NCBI GenBank assembly: GCA_028286585.1
Contig: JAQBRI010000006.1
Span: forward strand, 16,558-80,557
Length of the DNA: 64,000 bases
Source: Candidatus Kaiserbacteria bacterium
GTDB taxonomy: Bacteria; Patescibacteriota; Minisyncoccia; Phycocordibacterales; UBA2100
Direction of reading: 5' to 3'
Below the pieces are notes generated by a model that had not been told where the DNA came from, searched no databases, and saw only the letters and a program-made list of their open reading frames with translations. Below are positions 29,231 to 38,107 of this stretch, one piece after another (position 1 is the stretch's first letter; each line of letters opens with the position of its first letter). The translations under genes were made by a program, and so were the position numbers.

Positions 29231-29917
29231 CTATTGTGGCTCTATTACCACAACAAATTCCCCTCGTACTCCCCCTTTTTCTTCCAGTGTCTTAGCCACC
29301 ACAAGCGGTTCTCCTACCAAAACCTCTTCAAACATCTTGGTGATTTCGCGTGCAACTGTCACTTTGACCGGCTTTTCAATTTCCGATAATTCAGTCAATA
29401 ATTTGATTATGCGATGCGGGGATTCGTACACCACTACCGGATATTCGCTTGCTGCAATCCCTTTGAGTGCGGTTTGTCTGCCTTTTTTGTGTGGCAAAAA
29501 ACCAAGAAAGGTAAAAGAGTCCGACGAAATACCTGCAATAGAAAGTGTTGCGGTAAGAGCCGATGCGCCCGGAATTGCCTCGATCACAGTCTCAGGTGAC
29601 CGACTTCTAACGTGTGCGACTAATCGTGACCCGGGATCAGAAATCCCGGGAGTACCTGCATCTGACACGTACGCGACTTTTTCTCCGCTCTCTAGTCTCT
29701 CTAAAATTTCTTCGGACTTTTTTGTTTCGGTTGCTGCATCAAGTCTGTGGACCGATGTTTTAATATCGTAGTGCGCGAGCAATTTTCCGATGACACGAGT
29801 ATCCTCGGCATATATCGCGTCAACTTCCTTAAGCACACGCAGTGCGCGTAGCGTAATATCCTCCAAATTACCGATCGGAGTTGCAACAATTGAAAGTGTA
29901 CCTTTTGTGTCAGTCAT
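29231..29917 (-). CDS. rsmI: 16S rRNA (cytidine1402-2'-O)-methyltransferase
   Basis: GTLSIVATPIGNLEDITLRALRVLKEVDAIYAEDTR matches the RsmI N-terminus; start taken at MTDTKG (29917). Confidence 0.8.
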   Translation of the reverse strand: MTDTKGTLSIVATPIGNLEDITLRALRVLKEVDAIYAEDTRVIGKLLAHYDIKTSVHRLDAATETKKSEEILERLESGEKVAYVSDAGTPGISDPGSRLVAHVRSRSPETVIEAIPGASALTATLSIAGISSDSFTFLGFLPHKKGRQTALKGIAASEYPVVVYESPHRIIKLLTELSEIEKPVKVTVAREITKMFEEVLVGEPLVVAKTLEEKGGVRGEFVVVIEPQ

Positions 29918-29928
29918 ATAAAAACAGT

Positions 29929-29952
29929 GGCGCGGGTTGTACAACCCGCGCC
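29929..29952 (-). terminator. rho-independent terminator hairpin (GGCGCGGGUUGUACAACCCGCGCC) followed by a U-tract on the minus strand
   Basis: Perfect 9-bp stem, 6-nt loop, then ACUGUUUUUAU on the minus strand. Confidence 0.6.
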
Positions 29953-29965
29953 AATACTTGCTTTA

Positions 29966-30091
29966 GAGGGGTGTCGTGCGGACTTCGAGTCCACGCTGTA
30001 CCTGAATTTCGTGCTGTCCAGCCCTGCGAATAAACTGGATTAGGTAGACGCGTACTATCCGTAGCCACCTTGGGTATTTTCTTAGGGCCAT
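29966..30091 (-). CDS. 42-aa Arg-rich small ORF with near-perfect Shine-Dalgarno (not in ORF track)
   Basis: Minus-strand GGGAGGAGG, 5-nt spacer, then ATG at 30091; own translation MALRKYPRWLRIVRVYLIQFIRRAGQHEIQVQRGLEVRTTPL*; followed by the terminator. Confidence 0.35.
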
Positions 30092-30135
30092 GGGATCCTC
30101 CTCCCTCATTTACCAAACTGATTATGTCACAAAAA

Positions 30136-31422
30136 TTACAAAGCAACAATCTGTTCGGCGACTTTGTAAATATCTCCTGCACCGATCGTAATAATGAGGG
30201 TTCCCTCTTTTTCTTTGAGCAACTCATCGCGAATCTCGTCAAAGGTGTCGAGTGCTATCACGGTGCCGCCTTCGGTTTCGTTCGCAAGTTCGGCAAGAAT
30301 ATGGTTTGAAACACTAGGATCGTGCACTTCTCGCGCGGCATATATTGGCGCGATGATTGTTGTATCGGCCTTTCCAAGTGCGTCTGCAAACTCAGGTAAA
30401 AGTGACTGAGTGCGACTATATAAATGCGGGTGAAAAGCAACAACGATGCGCATAGCGGGAAATCTTTCTCGCGCTGCCTCTATCGTCTTTGTAATTGCGG
30501 TCGGATGATGTGCATAATCATCATATACAAGAGCGCCGTTCACCGTCTCTCCTTTGTATTCAAACCTGCGCCATGAGCCTTTGAAATTCGTCAACGCCTC
30601 ATCCAGTATATCTTCGGAAATTAATGGAAATACTTCTGCTGCTGCCACTTTTGCTGCTCGTGCGTTCATATTGTTAAATTCCCCTAGCATTGGAAGCGTC
30701 GGAACACTTGCAAGTGAGTAATCGACAACGGTCGCGACAGCGTCCTCGAGCAAGGGTCGAATGTTTGGGTTGTTGGTATCGGTAATGATAAAACCATGCG
30801 CCGGCACACGATCGATCGCCATTTTAAAACTTTTTTGAATTGCTTCGAGCGTAGGAAAATAATCAGTATGATCCAGTTCGATATTGGTGATCACCAAAAC
30901 TTCGGGAGAAAGTTTGAGCATATGGTCTCGATATTCGCACGCCTCTACTACAAACAAATTTGGATCTCCTGCAAGAAAGTTTGACCCAAAATCTTTGACG
31001 ATAGATCCGATAATTGCAGTAGGCTGCATTCCTGCATGCTGCAATATTTTTGTAAGCATGCCGGTAGTAGTTGTCTTTCCGTGCGTGCCGGCAACTGCAA
31101 TCGTGCGCATATTTTTTGAAATTATACCGAGCGCATCAAAGTACGAAATTTCAGGAATATTCATTTCGACACCTCTCACTCGCTCGACATTGTCGGGGTA
31201 GATCGCGTCACTATAAATAATAAGCTGTACATTTGCTGGAATATTACATGGATCTTGACCTATCATGATCTGCACTCCTTTTGACGCAAGAAGGGCCGTC
31301 GGTGGTGATTCTTCTCTATCTGAACCGGTCACGTTTTTGCCCTGATGCACAAGGAGTTGTGCGAGCGCAGACATGCCTATCCCCCCGACGCCGATCATGT
31401 AAATGTTCTCAGGAATTTCCAT
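30136..31422 (-). CDS. murC: UDP-N-acetylmuramate--L-alanine ligase
   Basis: IYMIGVGGIGMSALAQLLVHQGKNVTGSD, GTHGKTTTTGML Mur ligase motifs. Confidence 0.9.
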   Translation of the reverse strand: MEIPENIYMIGVGGIGMSALAQLLVHQGKNVTGSDREESPPTALLASKGVQIMIGQDPCNIPANVQLIIYSDAIYPDNVERVRGVEMNIPEISYFDALGIISKNMRTIAVAGTHGKTTTTGMLTKILQHAGMQPTAIIGSIVKDFGSNFLAGDPNLFVVEACEYRDHMLKLSPEVLVITNIELDHTDYFPTLEAIQKSFKMAIDRVPAHGFIITDTNNPNIRPLLEDAVATVVDYSLASVPTLPMLGEFNNMNARAAKVAAAEVFPLISEDILDEALTNFKGSWRRFEYKGETVNGALVYDDYAHHPTAITKTIEAARERFPAMRIVVAFHPHLYSRTQSLLPEFADALGKADTTIIAPIYAAREVHDPSVSNHILAELANETEGGTVIALDTFDEIRDELLKEKEGTLIITIGAGDIYKVAEQIVAL

Positions 31423-31475
31423 AAAATGAGTGTAGCACGATCGAGACAGTTAAGAGATAAGGACGTAAGGCGACC

Positions 31476-34091
31476 CTATTTTGTAGACAATGTATGTATT
31501 GATTGAGCAAAAGCATCGCCTCTTTCTTCGAAGTTTTTGTACAGACCATAACTTGGTGAAGCACACGAAAGTAAACATGCTCCTCCTTGAGGAGTGTGTG
31601 CATAGGCAAATTGTACCGCCTCGTCCATCGATTCAGTTTCCAAAATGTTGAGTCCTTCTCGCTTGGCAAACATTCGCCGACCGCTTTCAGGAAAAATAAC
31701 TATATTTTTGATTCCTCGTTTTATTATTTCTTGTTCAAGCTCAGTAAAATCATATCCGCGATCATGTCCCCCAAGAAATAGGGCCTGCACGTTTGGCACA
31801 GCTTCGAGCGCAGCAATGGTTGATTCCGGTGTCGTTGAAATGGAATCATCATAGAAACGAATGCCTTTATACTCTCCTACCAATTCAAGACGATGTGGCA
31901 AACTCTTAAAACTTTTAACTGCGGTTAGTATTGCTTCATCAGAAACACCTAACAGGCGTGCGACTGTCACCGCTCCTCTTACATTTGTTTTGTTGTGCAT
32001 TCCAAGCAAAGGAATCGCTTCGTCCGAAAACGGCAGTGTTTCAACATACGGAACACTTGTTGCAGAAGTTTCTGTTGTCCACGCTGACAATGCGGCATAT
32101 TCGTCGTTGTAAACGTAGTAGTCGGTTGTTTTTTGGAACATGATAATGCGTTTCTTTGCCTCGTGATACGCCTTTTCAGATCCGTGATAATCCATATGGT
32201 CAGAAAAGAGTGTAGTAACAAGCGCAATGTGCGGTGAAAATTCACAGTCATCAAGCTGATAACTGGACAGTTCAATTACCGCCACCTGATTTGGTGAAGT
32301 ATGAGATTCCAAAACAGAGAGCATGGGTACACCAATGTTACCCACGAGAACGCTCGGCATATTCTCTGCAGTCAACATAGAATGAATCAGGGACGCGGTG
32401 GTGCTTTTGCCCTTACTACCTGTTACACCAACCGTAATGCCTTTGAAACGCGAGAAAAATATATTGGTAGCAGTCGTGTAGTGTGCAGTGATTTTTTCTT
32501 TTGGAATGCCGGCTGTTTTTACCACAATATCGTAGTCATGCTGTTTTTCCAGATATTGAGGATCTTCGGACTGATCGGCGTGTGCGATCTGGAGTTGCGG
32601 ATATTTTGAACGCAAAAATTCTTCGGTCGTTTTACCTTCTCGTGCATAACCAAGCAAGAGTACAGATTCCATCCCTGCAAAGCGAAATCGCTGCGGTACC
32701 GAGGAAGCTGGTGCAACTTTTCGAACCTCTTGCACCAATGCCTCACCATCTGTAATGCGATCTGCAAAAGATGTAACAACCGCACTTTCTGCATAGATTG
32801 CACGAACCAGATGGAGCGCAGCGCATGCTTCGTCAAATGTACCGACACAATCAAATGGCTTCATCGATCCAAACCCAAGAATATCTGCAAAAACAGTAAG
32901 CAGGGCGCGATCGTCGAGCAAATTGCGTCCAAAAATACTCACCAACTGATCTTTTTCGATATAGGGAGCAAGCATTAAAAATACAAATGCACATTTAGGA
33001 CATTCGCAGCACCACATACTTCCCGGTCTGCCCAAGGGATCGATACGAAATTTTCTGTTACAACTGGTAAACACAGAAAAATACTGCGGGTACCGCGCAA
33101 AAAGTTCGGCTATTCGTATTTCATAAAGCGGACGCACAATTGAAAAATATCGCACGCTCGGACTGAGGTAGTTTTTTGTATAGCGAGTAAACATGTTTTC
33201 AAATTCAAGCGATTTACTCCACTGGTGATTAATCTGCTCACCATAATGATCGACATTACCAAAATTACTACTCCATTCGTTGCCTGTCACAACATATGAA
33301 AAGTCGTACAGAAGTGCAGCAGTATAGCCCAAAAATGCATACACAGCCGAAATAGGAATATGACCCTTAAAGCTTCCCGGCAGCACGTCAAAAACCTGCG
33401 GATCAAGTCTGCGCACAATATGATTGAGTGGAATGTTTGCTACGGCGCAGACATTTTCTGCAATGTCATGTTTTGCATATGTTTCTATAACAAATCCTTC
33501 GGAGGATATTTCCTCTGCACGTAGCAGCTCCACCGCAACCACTGAGTCTTTGCCTCCCCCAATCCCGACAAGTGCACGCTCTTGAGTGGAGACGTCTTCT
33601 GCAGGCGCTGGTGTAGTTTGAGTGAACGGAAATTGAATATATCTTAGATCGATATTGTTGCGGTACGCAAATTCACCAAGACCTTTGCGATACACGGTGC
33701 TCCAAAATTCACTCTGTTCCTGCGTCAGTAAGTACGGCATGCGTATATCTTTGGGACAATATAGTTTGTAGTAACTAATACCCAGCATGAGATGGAGCGA
33801 GTCGAGCAACCGCTCAAACAGCTCCGAGGAAATTCGAACAGTATCAAAAGGATGTGGAAATGTAACCGATTCTACAAATCTTCGAGGTTCGCTATGTGCG
33901 AACCCTATTTCATACACAAAAGACGCTACCAGTTCATCTGGATTAAAGAATCGTTCAACGTAAGAAAAGTAAACAGGCTCGGGCATACCACAGTATGCCC
34001 GATTTTGCTGCCTCAACCAAGTAGTCTCGGCAGCTGATTTGTGATCGAAGTTGCGCAAACAAATGGGAGGCGTATAGTGCAAATACTTCAT
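31476..34091 (-). CDS. murD: fusion of an N-terminal PP-loop ATP-pyrophosphatase-like domain (with Cys cluster) to UDP-N-acetylmuramoylalanine--D-glutamate ligase
   Basis: One uninterrupted 871-codon frame. C-terminal ~400 aa: VLLLGYAREGKT Rossmann-like domain then ITVGVTGSKGKSTT and DHMDYHGS Mur ligase motifs. N-terminal ~470 aa: ALVGIGGGKDSVVAVELL (SGGxDS PP-loop) and SMWCCECPKC. Confidence 0.8.
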   Translation of the reverse strand: MKYLHYTPPICLRNFDHKSAAETTWLRQQNRAYCGMPEPVYFSYVERFFNPDELVASFVYEIGFAHSEPRRFVESVTFPHPFDTVRISSELFERLLDSLHLMLGISYYKLYCPKDIRMPYLLTQEQSEFWSTVYRKGLGEFAYRNNIDLRYIQFPFTQTTPAPAEDVSTQERALVGIGGGKDSVVAVELLRAEEISSEGFVIETYAKHDIAENVCAVANIPLNHIVRRLDPQVFDVLPGSFKGHIPISAVYAFLGYTAALLYDFSYVVTGNEWSSNFGNVDHYGEQINHQWSKSLEFENMFTRYTKNYLSPSVRYFSIVRPLYEIRIAELFARYPQYFSVFTSCNRKFRIDPLGRPGSMWCCECPKCAFVFLMLAPYIEKDQLVSIFGRNLLDDRALLTVFADILGFGSMKPFDCVGTFDEACAALHLVRAIYAESAVVTSFADRITDGEALVQEVRKVAPASSVPQRFRFAGMESVLLLGYAREGKTTEEFLRSKYPQLQIAHADQSEDPQYLEKQHDYDIVVKTAGIPKEKITAHYTTATNIFFSRFKGITVGVTGSKGKSTTASLIHSMLTAENMPSVLVGNIGVPMLSVLESHTSPNQVAVIELSSYQLDDCEFSPHIALVTTLFSDHMDYHGSEKAYHEAKKRIIMFQKTTDYYVYNDEYAALSAWTTETSATSVPYVETLPFSDEAIPLLGMHNKTNVRGAVTVARLLGVSDEAILTAVKSFKSLPHRLELVGEYKGIRFYDDSISTTPESTIAALEAVPNVQALFLGGHDRGYDFTELEQEIIKRGIKNIVIFPESGRRMFAKREGLNILETESMDEAVQFAYAHTPQGGACLLSCASPSYGLYKNFEERGDAFAQSIHTLSTK

Positions 34092-34331
34092 GTGGAAGTT
34101 GGGTACTCACCCGTTTCGTCGAAATTACGACGAAATAAGGAAAAATTCCCATACTGTGCCGCAGCGGTAATGCTCTGACTTGCTCGTCGTAGTCTATAAG
34201 ATTAAGGCTGGGTCCAAGAAAATGAGACGAGTCCGATCTTCATGAGGTTCGCATTAAACGCGAGTACCCGAGCAGGATTGGCACCAGATAGTGCCATTTT
34301 CCAAAACCTGCTCAACAAGCAGGCTTTTTTT

Positions 34332-34907
34332 ATGAAAACCAAATACTACATACTTCACTCGCTTTTAGTTGTCGCACTTATCGCGATAGTGACTGTCATT
34401 ATTTGGCATTCAAAAACAACAACACAATCCTCTTTTGCCACATCAACATCTGTAGCAACATCGGCAACAGAAAGCACATCTTCAAAATCATTAATACATT
34501 CTTCGACTGAGACCGTGCCAGTTCAGGCGAAGGTGGCTGCAAAGACCGAGGTTACGCCGCAAGAAACATCTGCAACATCGAGTGCGACAACGAACGCGAC
34601 GTCTACCCCTGAGAAAAATCCCGCGCTTTTTGCCCATCTTGTGATTGGATCACAATCATACGATCTTCCGATTCACGAGGACGAAACACTTCTTGATGCA
34701 ATGCAGGCGCTTCAATCATCCACTTCTTTTGACTATTCTGGGCGGCAGTACACAGGACTAGGGTTCTTTGTTATGTCTATCAACGGCAAGGCGGCCGCGG
34801 ATGGATTTAACTGGATGCTCTATGTTGATGGTAGGCCGTCGGAGTATGGTGCGAGTGCTCTTATTATTAAAACAGGTCAAAAAATAGAATGGAAATATGA
34901 AAAATAA
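34332..34907 (+). CDS. membrane-anchored DUF4430 (transcobalamin beta-domain-like) protein; start taken at MKTKYY
   Basis: N-terminal TM, Ser/Thr-rich linker, C-terminal [33 protein letters not shown] matches the DUF4430 core (W-x-Y-x-V-N/D-G...DGD..W.Y). Confidence 0.55.
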   Translation: MKTKYYILHSLLVVALIAIVTVIIWHSKTTTQSSFATSTSVATSATESTSSKSLIHSSTETVPVQAKVAAKTEVTPQETSATSSATTNATSTPEKNPALFAHLVIGSQSYDLPIHEDETLLDAMQALQSSTSFDYSGRQYTGLGFFVMSINGKAAADGFNWMLYVDGRPSEYGASALIIKTGQKIEWKYEK

Positions 34908-36909
34908 ATTATTCGGTGCGATTATTGTAAGCATTTTTGGATTATTAATACCAGCATTTTCGTTTGCAGACACTGCAACGATAACACTCCGCGTGGGCTC
35001 TGTTACAACAGGACCATACACCATTACGTTACCTGATTTGAGCGCAACCACAACGGCAACAACCACAGCCGTTACTCCAACAGCAGGCGGAACACCAATC
35101 GATATCCCAGCATTGAGTGTTCTTGCAAATTTGGTTGGACTAGACGCTACGACAGGCGACTTTGATATAACCGATCTGCAGTATTCATCGACGTACAGCT
35201 CCTTTTATCTACGGTGTATCTCGGTGCCGAGTGTTTCTAGCTCGCCCCAGTGTGATAACTGGCAATATACCGTGAATGGTTTTGGTCCTAGTGTAGGTTC
35301 TGACGTAACAACGCTTCACAATGGAGATAACGTGTACGTCTATTTTGGCTATCCACGTTCAGTCACCCTTTCAACCACTAGTACGGCAATTGGAAATTCG
35401 TTTACTGCAACGACACAAGCCTACGATCCAGCTACAAATTCGTTCACTCCGATTACAGGAGTTACTATAGGCGCGACCCAACCAAATCCAAGCAATCCAT
35501 ATTCGCCAATAGAGATTGCTACATCACCTGTCGACACAAATGGGCAAGCAATCATAACAGTAAATGCAACTGGCACGTATCAGGTTGGTATTAAAGAGGA
35601 TTATTATTTTCCAACAACTGATATTACGATAACCGATGCTCCTGCAACTACAACTCCTGTAACAGGAGGCGGAGGCAGCGGCCCGATTGGAATTACTCAT
35701 ACTCCGTTTAATGTTCCTCTTGCAGTAAGTTATCTTGTCTCACAACAAAACCCTGATGGCTCGTTTGGGAATGATCTTTATAGCGACTGGGGCGCACTAG
35801 CACTTGCAGCTACAAATGCCCCGACTCTTTCGACAATGAAGTCATACATGACCACGCATGTCGAAACCTATAACAGTGTTACCGATTACGAACGACACGC
35901 CATGGCACTTGAAGCACTTGGTATCAACCCGTACACGGGCTCAAAAACCGACACTATCAGTCCTATTCTTGCAGCATTTGATGGCACGCAGATCGGAGAC
36001 TCAAACCTCGTAACTGATGACATCTTTGCAATCTTTGCGCTTACTCACGCGGGATATAATTCAAGCGATACGATTATCAAAAAAGAAGCGGCATTTATTT
36101 TGTCGAAGCAACTTCCTAACGGATCATGGGAAGGCAGTGTCGATGTTACCGCTGCAGCTATGCAGGCACTTGGTCCATTGTTTGATATTCCGGGGGTTAA
36201 CCGCCAGCTTGGTCCTGCAATCGCCTACATTACAGGAATAGAACAGCCAACCGGTGGATGGAATAATATTGACTCAACAAGTTGGATGGTAACGACAATC
36301 AACACATTCAACAGTTTCCATGTGGGCCAGCCAAGTATTTGGAACAGTTCACTTGGATACTTTCCTATAGACGCGCTAGGGAGCGCTCAGCAATCCGACG
36401 GAGCAGTTCGCCCGGTAAGTGACTCGGCAAATGCACGAGTATGGAGTACAAGTTACGCGGTAGTAGCAGCATCGGACATGGATTGGGTTAGATTATTACA
36501 GCAGTTTCCTAAACCAATTCCTAGTGTAGGCAGTAGTGGAATCAGTGTTGCTTCATCAACCACTTCGACAAGCTCAGACCAGGCAACCTCAACGGCGACC
36601 AGCACTTTGCCAGTTGCAACAACTACACCAATTACCGTAAGTACTTCAACAGCCACTTCGACAACCCCGATAGATGGACAAGTACTTGGCGTTTCCACTT
36701 CGACTGTTCCTACAACACCTCACCCTAAACCAGTAGTTATAAAAAAGAAGCCGGTTGTAGTACATCCTGTTCCAAAGGTCCCAGCAGCAACATCTTCGAC
36801 ATCGACTAAAACGAATACTGTCGGATCAAATCAAACTGGTTCGGTTATCACTCCCAGCCCTGCGGGATTCTGGCAGTGGATTGGAAGTTGGTTTAAGAAT
36901 TTGTTCTAG
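34897..36909 (+). CDS. secreted DUF4430 domain + prenyltransferase/squalene-cyclase-like alpha/alpha-toroid repeat protein with Ser/Thr-rich tail and C-terminal hydrophobic anchor
   Basis: Signal peptide [24 protein letters not shown]; [31 protein letters not shown] (DUF4430); repeats [37 protein letters not shown] (QW-type prenyltransferase repeats). Confidence 0.65.
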   Translation: MKNKLFGAIIVSIFGLLIPAFSFADTATITLRVGSVTTGPYTITLPDLSATTTATTTAVTPTAGGTPIDIPALSVLANLVGLDATTGDFDITDLQYSSTYSSFYLRCISVPSVSSSPQCDNWQYTVNGFGPSVGSDVTTLHNGDNVYVYFGYPRSVTLSTTSTAIGNSFTATTQAYDPATNSFTPITGVTIGATQPNPSNPYSPIEIATSPVDTNGQAIITVNATGTYQVGIKEDYYFPTTDITITDAPATTTPVTGGGGSGPIGITHTPFNVPLAVSYLVSQQNPDGSFGNDLYSDWGALALAATNAPTLSTMKSYMTTHVETYNSVTDYERHAMALEALGINPYTGSKTDTISPILAAFDGTQIGDSNLVTDDIFAIFALTHAGYNSSDTIIKKEAAFILSKQLPNGSWEGSVDVTAAAMQALGPLFDIPGVNRQLGPAIAYITGIEQPTGGWNNIDSTSWMVTTINTFNSFHVGQPSIWNSSLGYFPIDALGSAQQSDGAVRPVSDSANARVWSTSYAVVAASDMDWVRLLQQFPKPIPSVGSSGISVASSTTSTSSDQATSTATSTLPVATTTPITVSTSTATSTTPIDGQVLGVSTSTVPTTPHPKPVVIKKKPVVVHPVPKVPAATSSTSTKTNTVGSNQTGSVITPSPAGFWQWIGSWFKNLF

Positions 36910-36921
36910 TTCTTGTTCATA

Positions 36922-36957
36922 AACAAAACAGCTCGGCAGATGCCGAGCTGTTTTGTT
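36922..36957. terminator. bidirectional rho-independent terminator (AAAACAGCUCGGCAGAUGCCGAGCUGUUUU)
   Basis: Perfect inverted repeat flanked by A- and T-runs between the converging + gene and tRNA-Leu. Confidence 0.75.
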
Positions 36958-36964
36958 ATACCAA

Positions 36965-37038
36965 TGTGGACATGGGGAGACACGAACTCCCACCTCTTGC
37001 GAGATACGCTTCTGTGACGTACGCCATTCTGAACTGAG
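36965..37038 (-). pseudogene. tRNA-like 3' fragment (anticodon arm + T arm + acceptor 3' strand) duplicating part of the adjacent tRNA-Leu
   Basis: GCGTACGTCACAGAAGCGTAT is a 20/21 match to the tRNA-Leu anticodon arm, with U33 changed to A; GGGAGTTCGTGTCTCCC T-arm; no matching 5' acceptor strand immediately upstream. Confidence 0.45.
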
Positions 37039-37120
37039 TGGGCGTGAGAGGACTCGAACCTCCAAGGATTACTCCATACGCTTCTGAGACGTACGCGTAT
37101 ACCAGTTCCGCCACACGCCC
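37039..37120 (-). tRNA. tRNA-Leu (anticodon CAG), class II with long variable arm
   Basis: Folded by hand: acceptor GGGCGTG/CACGCCC, D-loop with GG, anticodon stem TACGT/GCGTA, loop CUCAGAA, variable arm, T-arm GGAGG-TTCGAGT-CCTCT, discriminator A; 82 nt. Confidence 0.8.
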
Positions 37121-37164
37121 ACTCAAGTCAGAAAAACTGACTACGCAATTCCGCCACATGCCCG
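37121..37164 (-). repeat. partial tRNA-like 5' copy (GGGCATGTGGCGGAA...) plus hairpin, immediately upstream of tRNA-Leu
   Basis: First 15 nt match the tRNA-Leu 5' end with 1 mismatch; followed by AGUCAG-UUUUU-CUGACU hairpin. Confidence 0.4.
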
Positions 37165-37167
37165 TAT

Positions 37168-37425
37168 TTATTTGATTCGCTGTAGATGAATCGCATCTTG
37201 AACAGCGTTTCCGATTGTAGCAAATCCAGGTATAACTCCAAGCACCGAAAGCAGCCAGCCAATAAAGACCACCGCAAATACACCACCTATGACTGCCCCG
37301 GCTCCCTGAAAGATGCCATTTCTGAGCGCCACCCACCGACTCACACCGGTGAGTTCTTTGATTTCCTTGAGCTCCTGCTCGATATGTTCGAGGTGCTCTA
37401 TTCCCTTTTCTTCGAGTTCATCCAT
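37168..37425 (-). CDS. small membrane protein (coiled-coil N-terminus plus two TM helices), hypothetical
   Basis: 85 aa ORF, EELKEIKEL charged helix then GAGAVIGGVFAVVFIGWLLSVLGVIPGFATIG. Confidence 0.4.
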   Translation of the reverse strand: MDELEEKGIEHLEHIEQELKEIKELTGVSRWVALRNGIFQGAGAVIGGVFAVVFIGWLLSVLGVIPGFATIGNAVQDAIHLQRIK

Positions 37426-37463
37426 GACGATATAGTATCAGAAAAAATGAAACACTATGTTAC

Positions 37464-37841
37464 TCACCACCAGGAAAAGGCTTTCTTAAACCATGTCTTC
37501 AAAACAGACGGGGTATCTGTTGCTGCCATGGGAGCTGGACCATTGATGATTATCATCATATGTTCTCCTGGTTTGCCAAGTGCATATTGAGAACGGAGCA
37601 CTGCTTCTCGCCCTCGATCAGTCGTAAGAAGTGCAATATCACCACTGAGCGTTTTTTGTCGCTGCTGCAATCCTTGTAAATGCGCCTGTGCATCATTGCG
37701 CAATCTAAGCGACGCCTGTTCTTCTTGGTAGGTATGCCACAGTCCAAAAGAACCAATAATAAGCAGTATGATGCAGCCTAAAAGTGCGAGTCTTTTTATC
37801 AAAAGGCGCACCGGATCGATTCTTTGCTTCTCTACCTTCAT
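37464..37841 (-). CDS. ftsB: FtsB/DivIC-family septum formation initiator
   Basis: N-terminal TM, coiled coil, REAVLRSQYALGKPGEHMMII matches the DivIC/FtsB C-terminal motif. Confidence 0.65.
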   Translation of the reverse strand: MKVEKQRIDPVRLLIKRLALLGCIILLIIGSFGLWHTYQEEQASLRLRNDAQAHLQGLQQRQKTLSGDIALLTTDRGREAVLRSQYALGKPGEHMMIIINGPAPMAATDTPSVLKTWFKKAFSWW

Positions 37842-38107
37842 ACGCTATACTATACCTCATGAGTTTCCTTTTTCATCGCAAGACCCAAAAAGTCATGAAA
37901 TATATATGGAGTGTTATTGCCGTTATTATCATCATCGGTATGGCACTTTTCTTTGCACCAGGTATCACCAATTTGATTGCTGCTTTGTAAAAAAAGCAAA
38001 AATAGATACAGTTCGAGGCGCGCGAGAAAAATAGAAAGAGGCGTACTAATGTACGGTGAATGATATTTTTTGAGCAGCAACGAAGAAATGTGCTATTTTT
38101 TCTTTTT

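Noticed and set aside
29910-30242. 110-aa minus-strand ORF from the track
   Set aside because: Runs into the 3' end of murC in another frame and lacks an RBS; the 42-aa ORF with a perfect SD in the same interval is the better candidate
31476-34091. Treating the 871-aa ORF as two separately annotated genes (PP-loop protein and murD)
   Set aside because: No stop codon between the halves in the given sequence; retained as a fusion, with the caveat of a possible internal start or undetected frameshift
36960-37165. Possibility that the tRNA-Leu region is a tmRNA or a permuted/split tRNA gene
   Set aside because: No tag-peptide reading frame or tmRNA pseudoknot region; segment is only ~200 nt; simplest explanation is an intact tRNA with flanking partial duplicates
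37784-37990. 68-aa + strand ORF (possible 31-aa hydrophobic peptide MKYIWSVIAVIIIIG...)
   Set aside because: No RBS, lies in the lepA/ftsB intergenic region and overlaps nothing conserved; too weak to list as a feature
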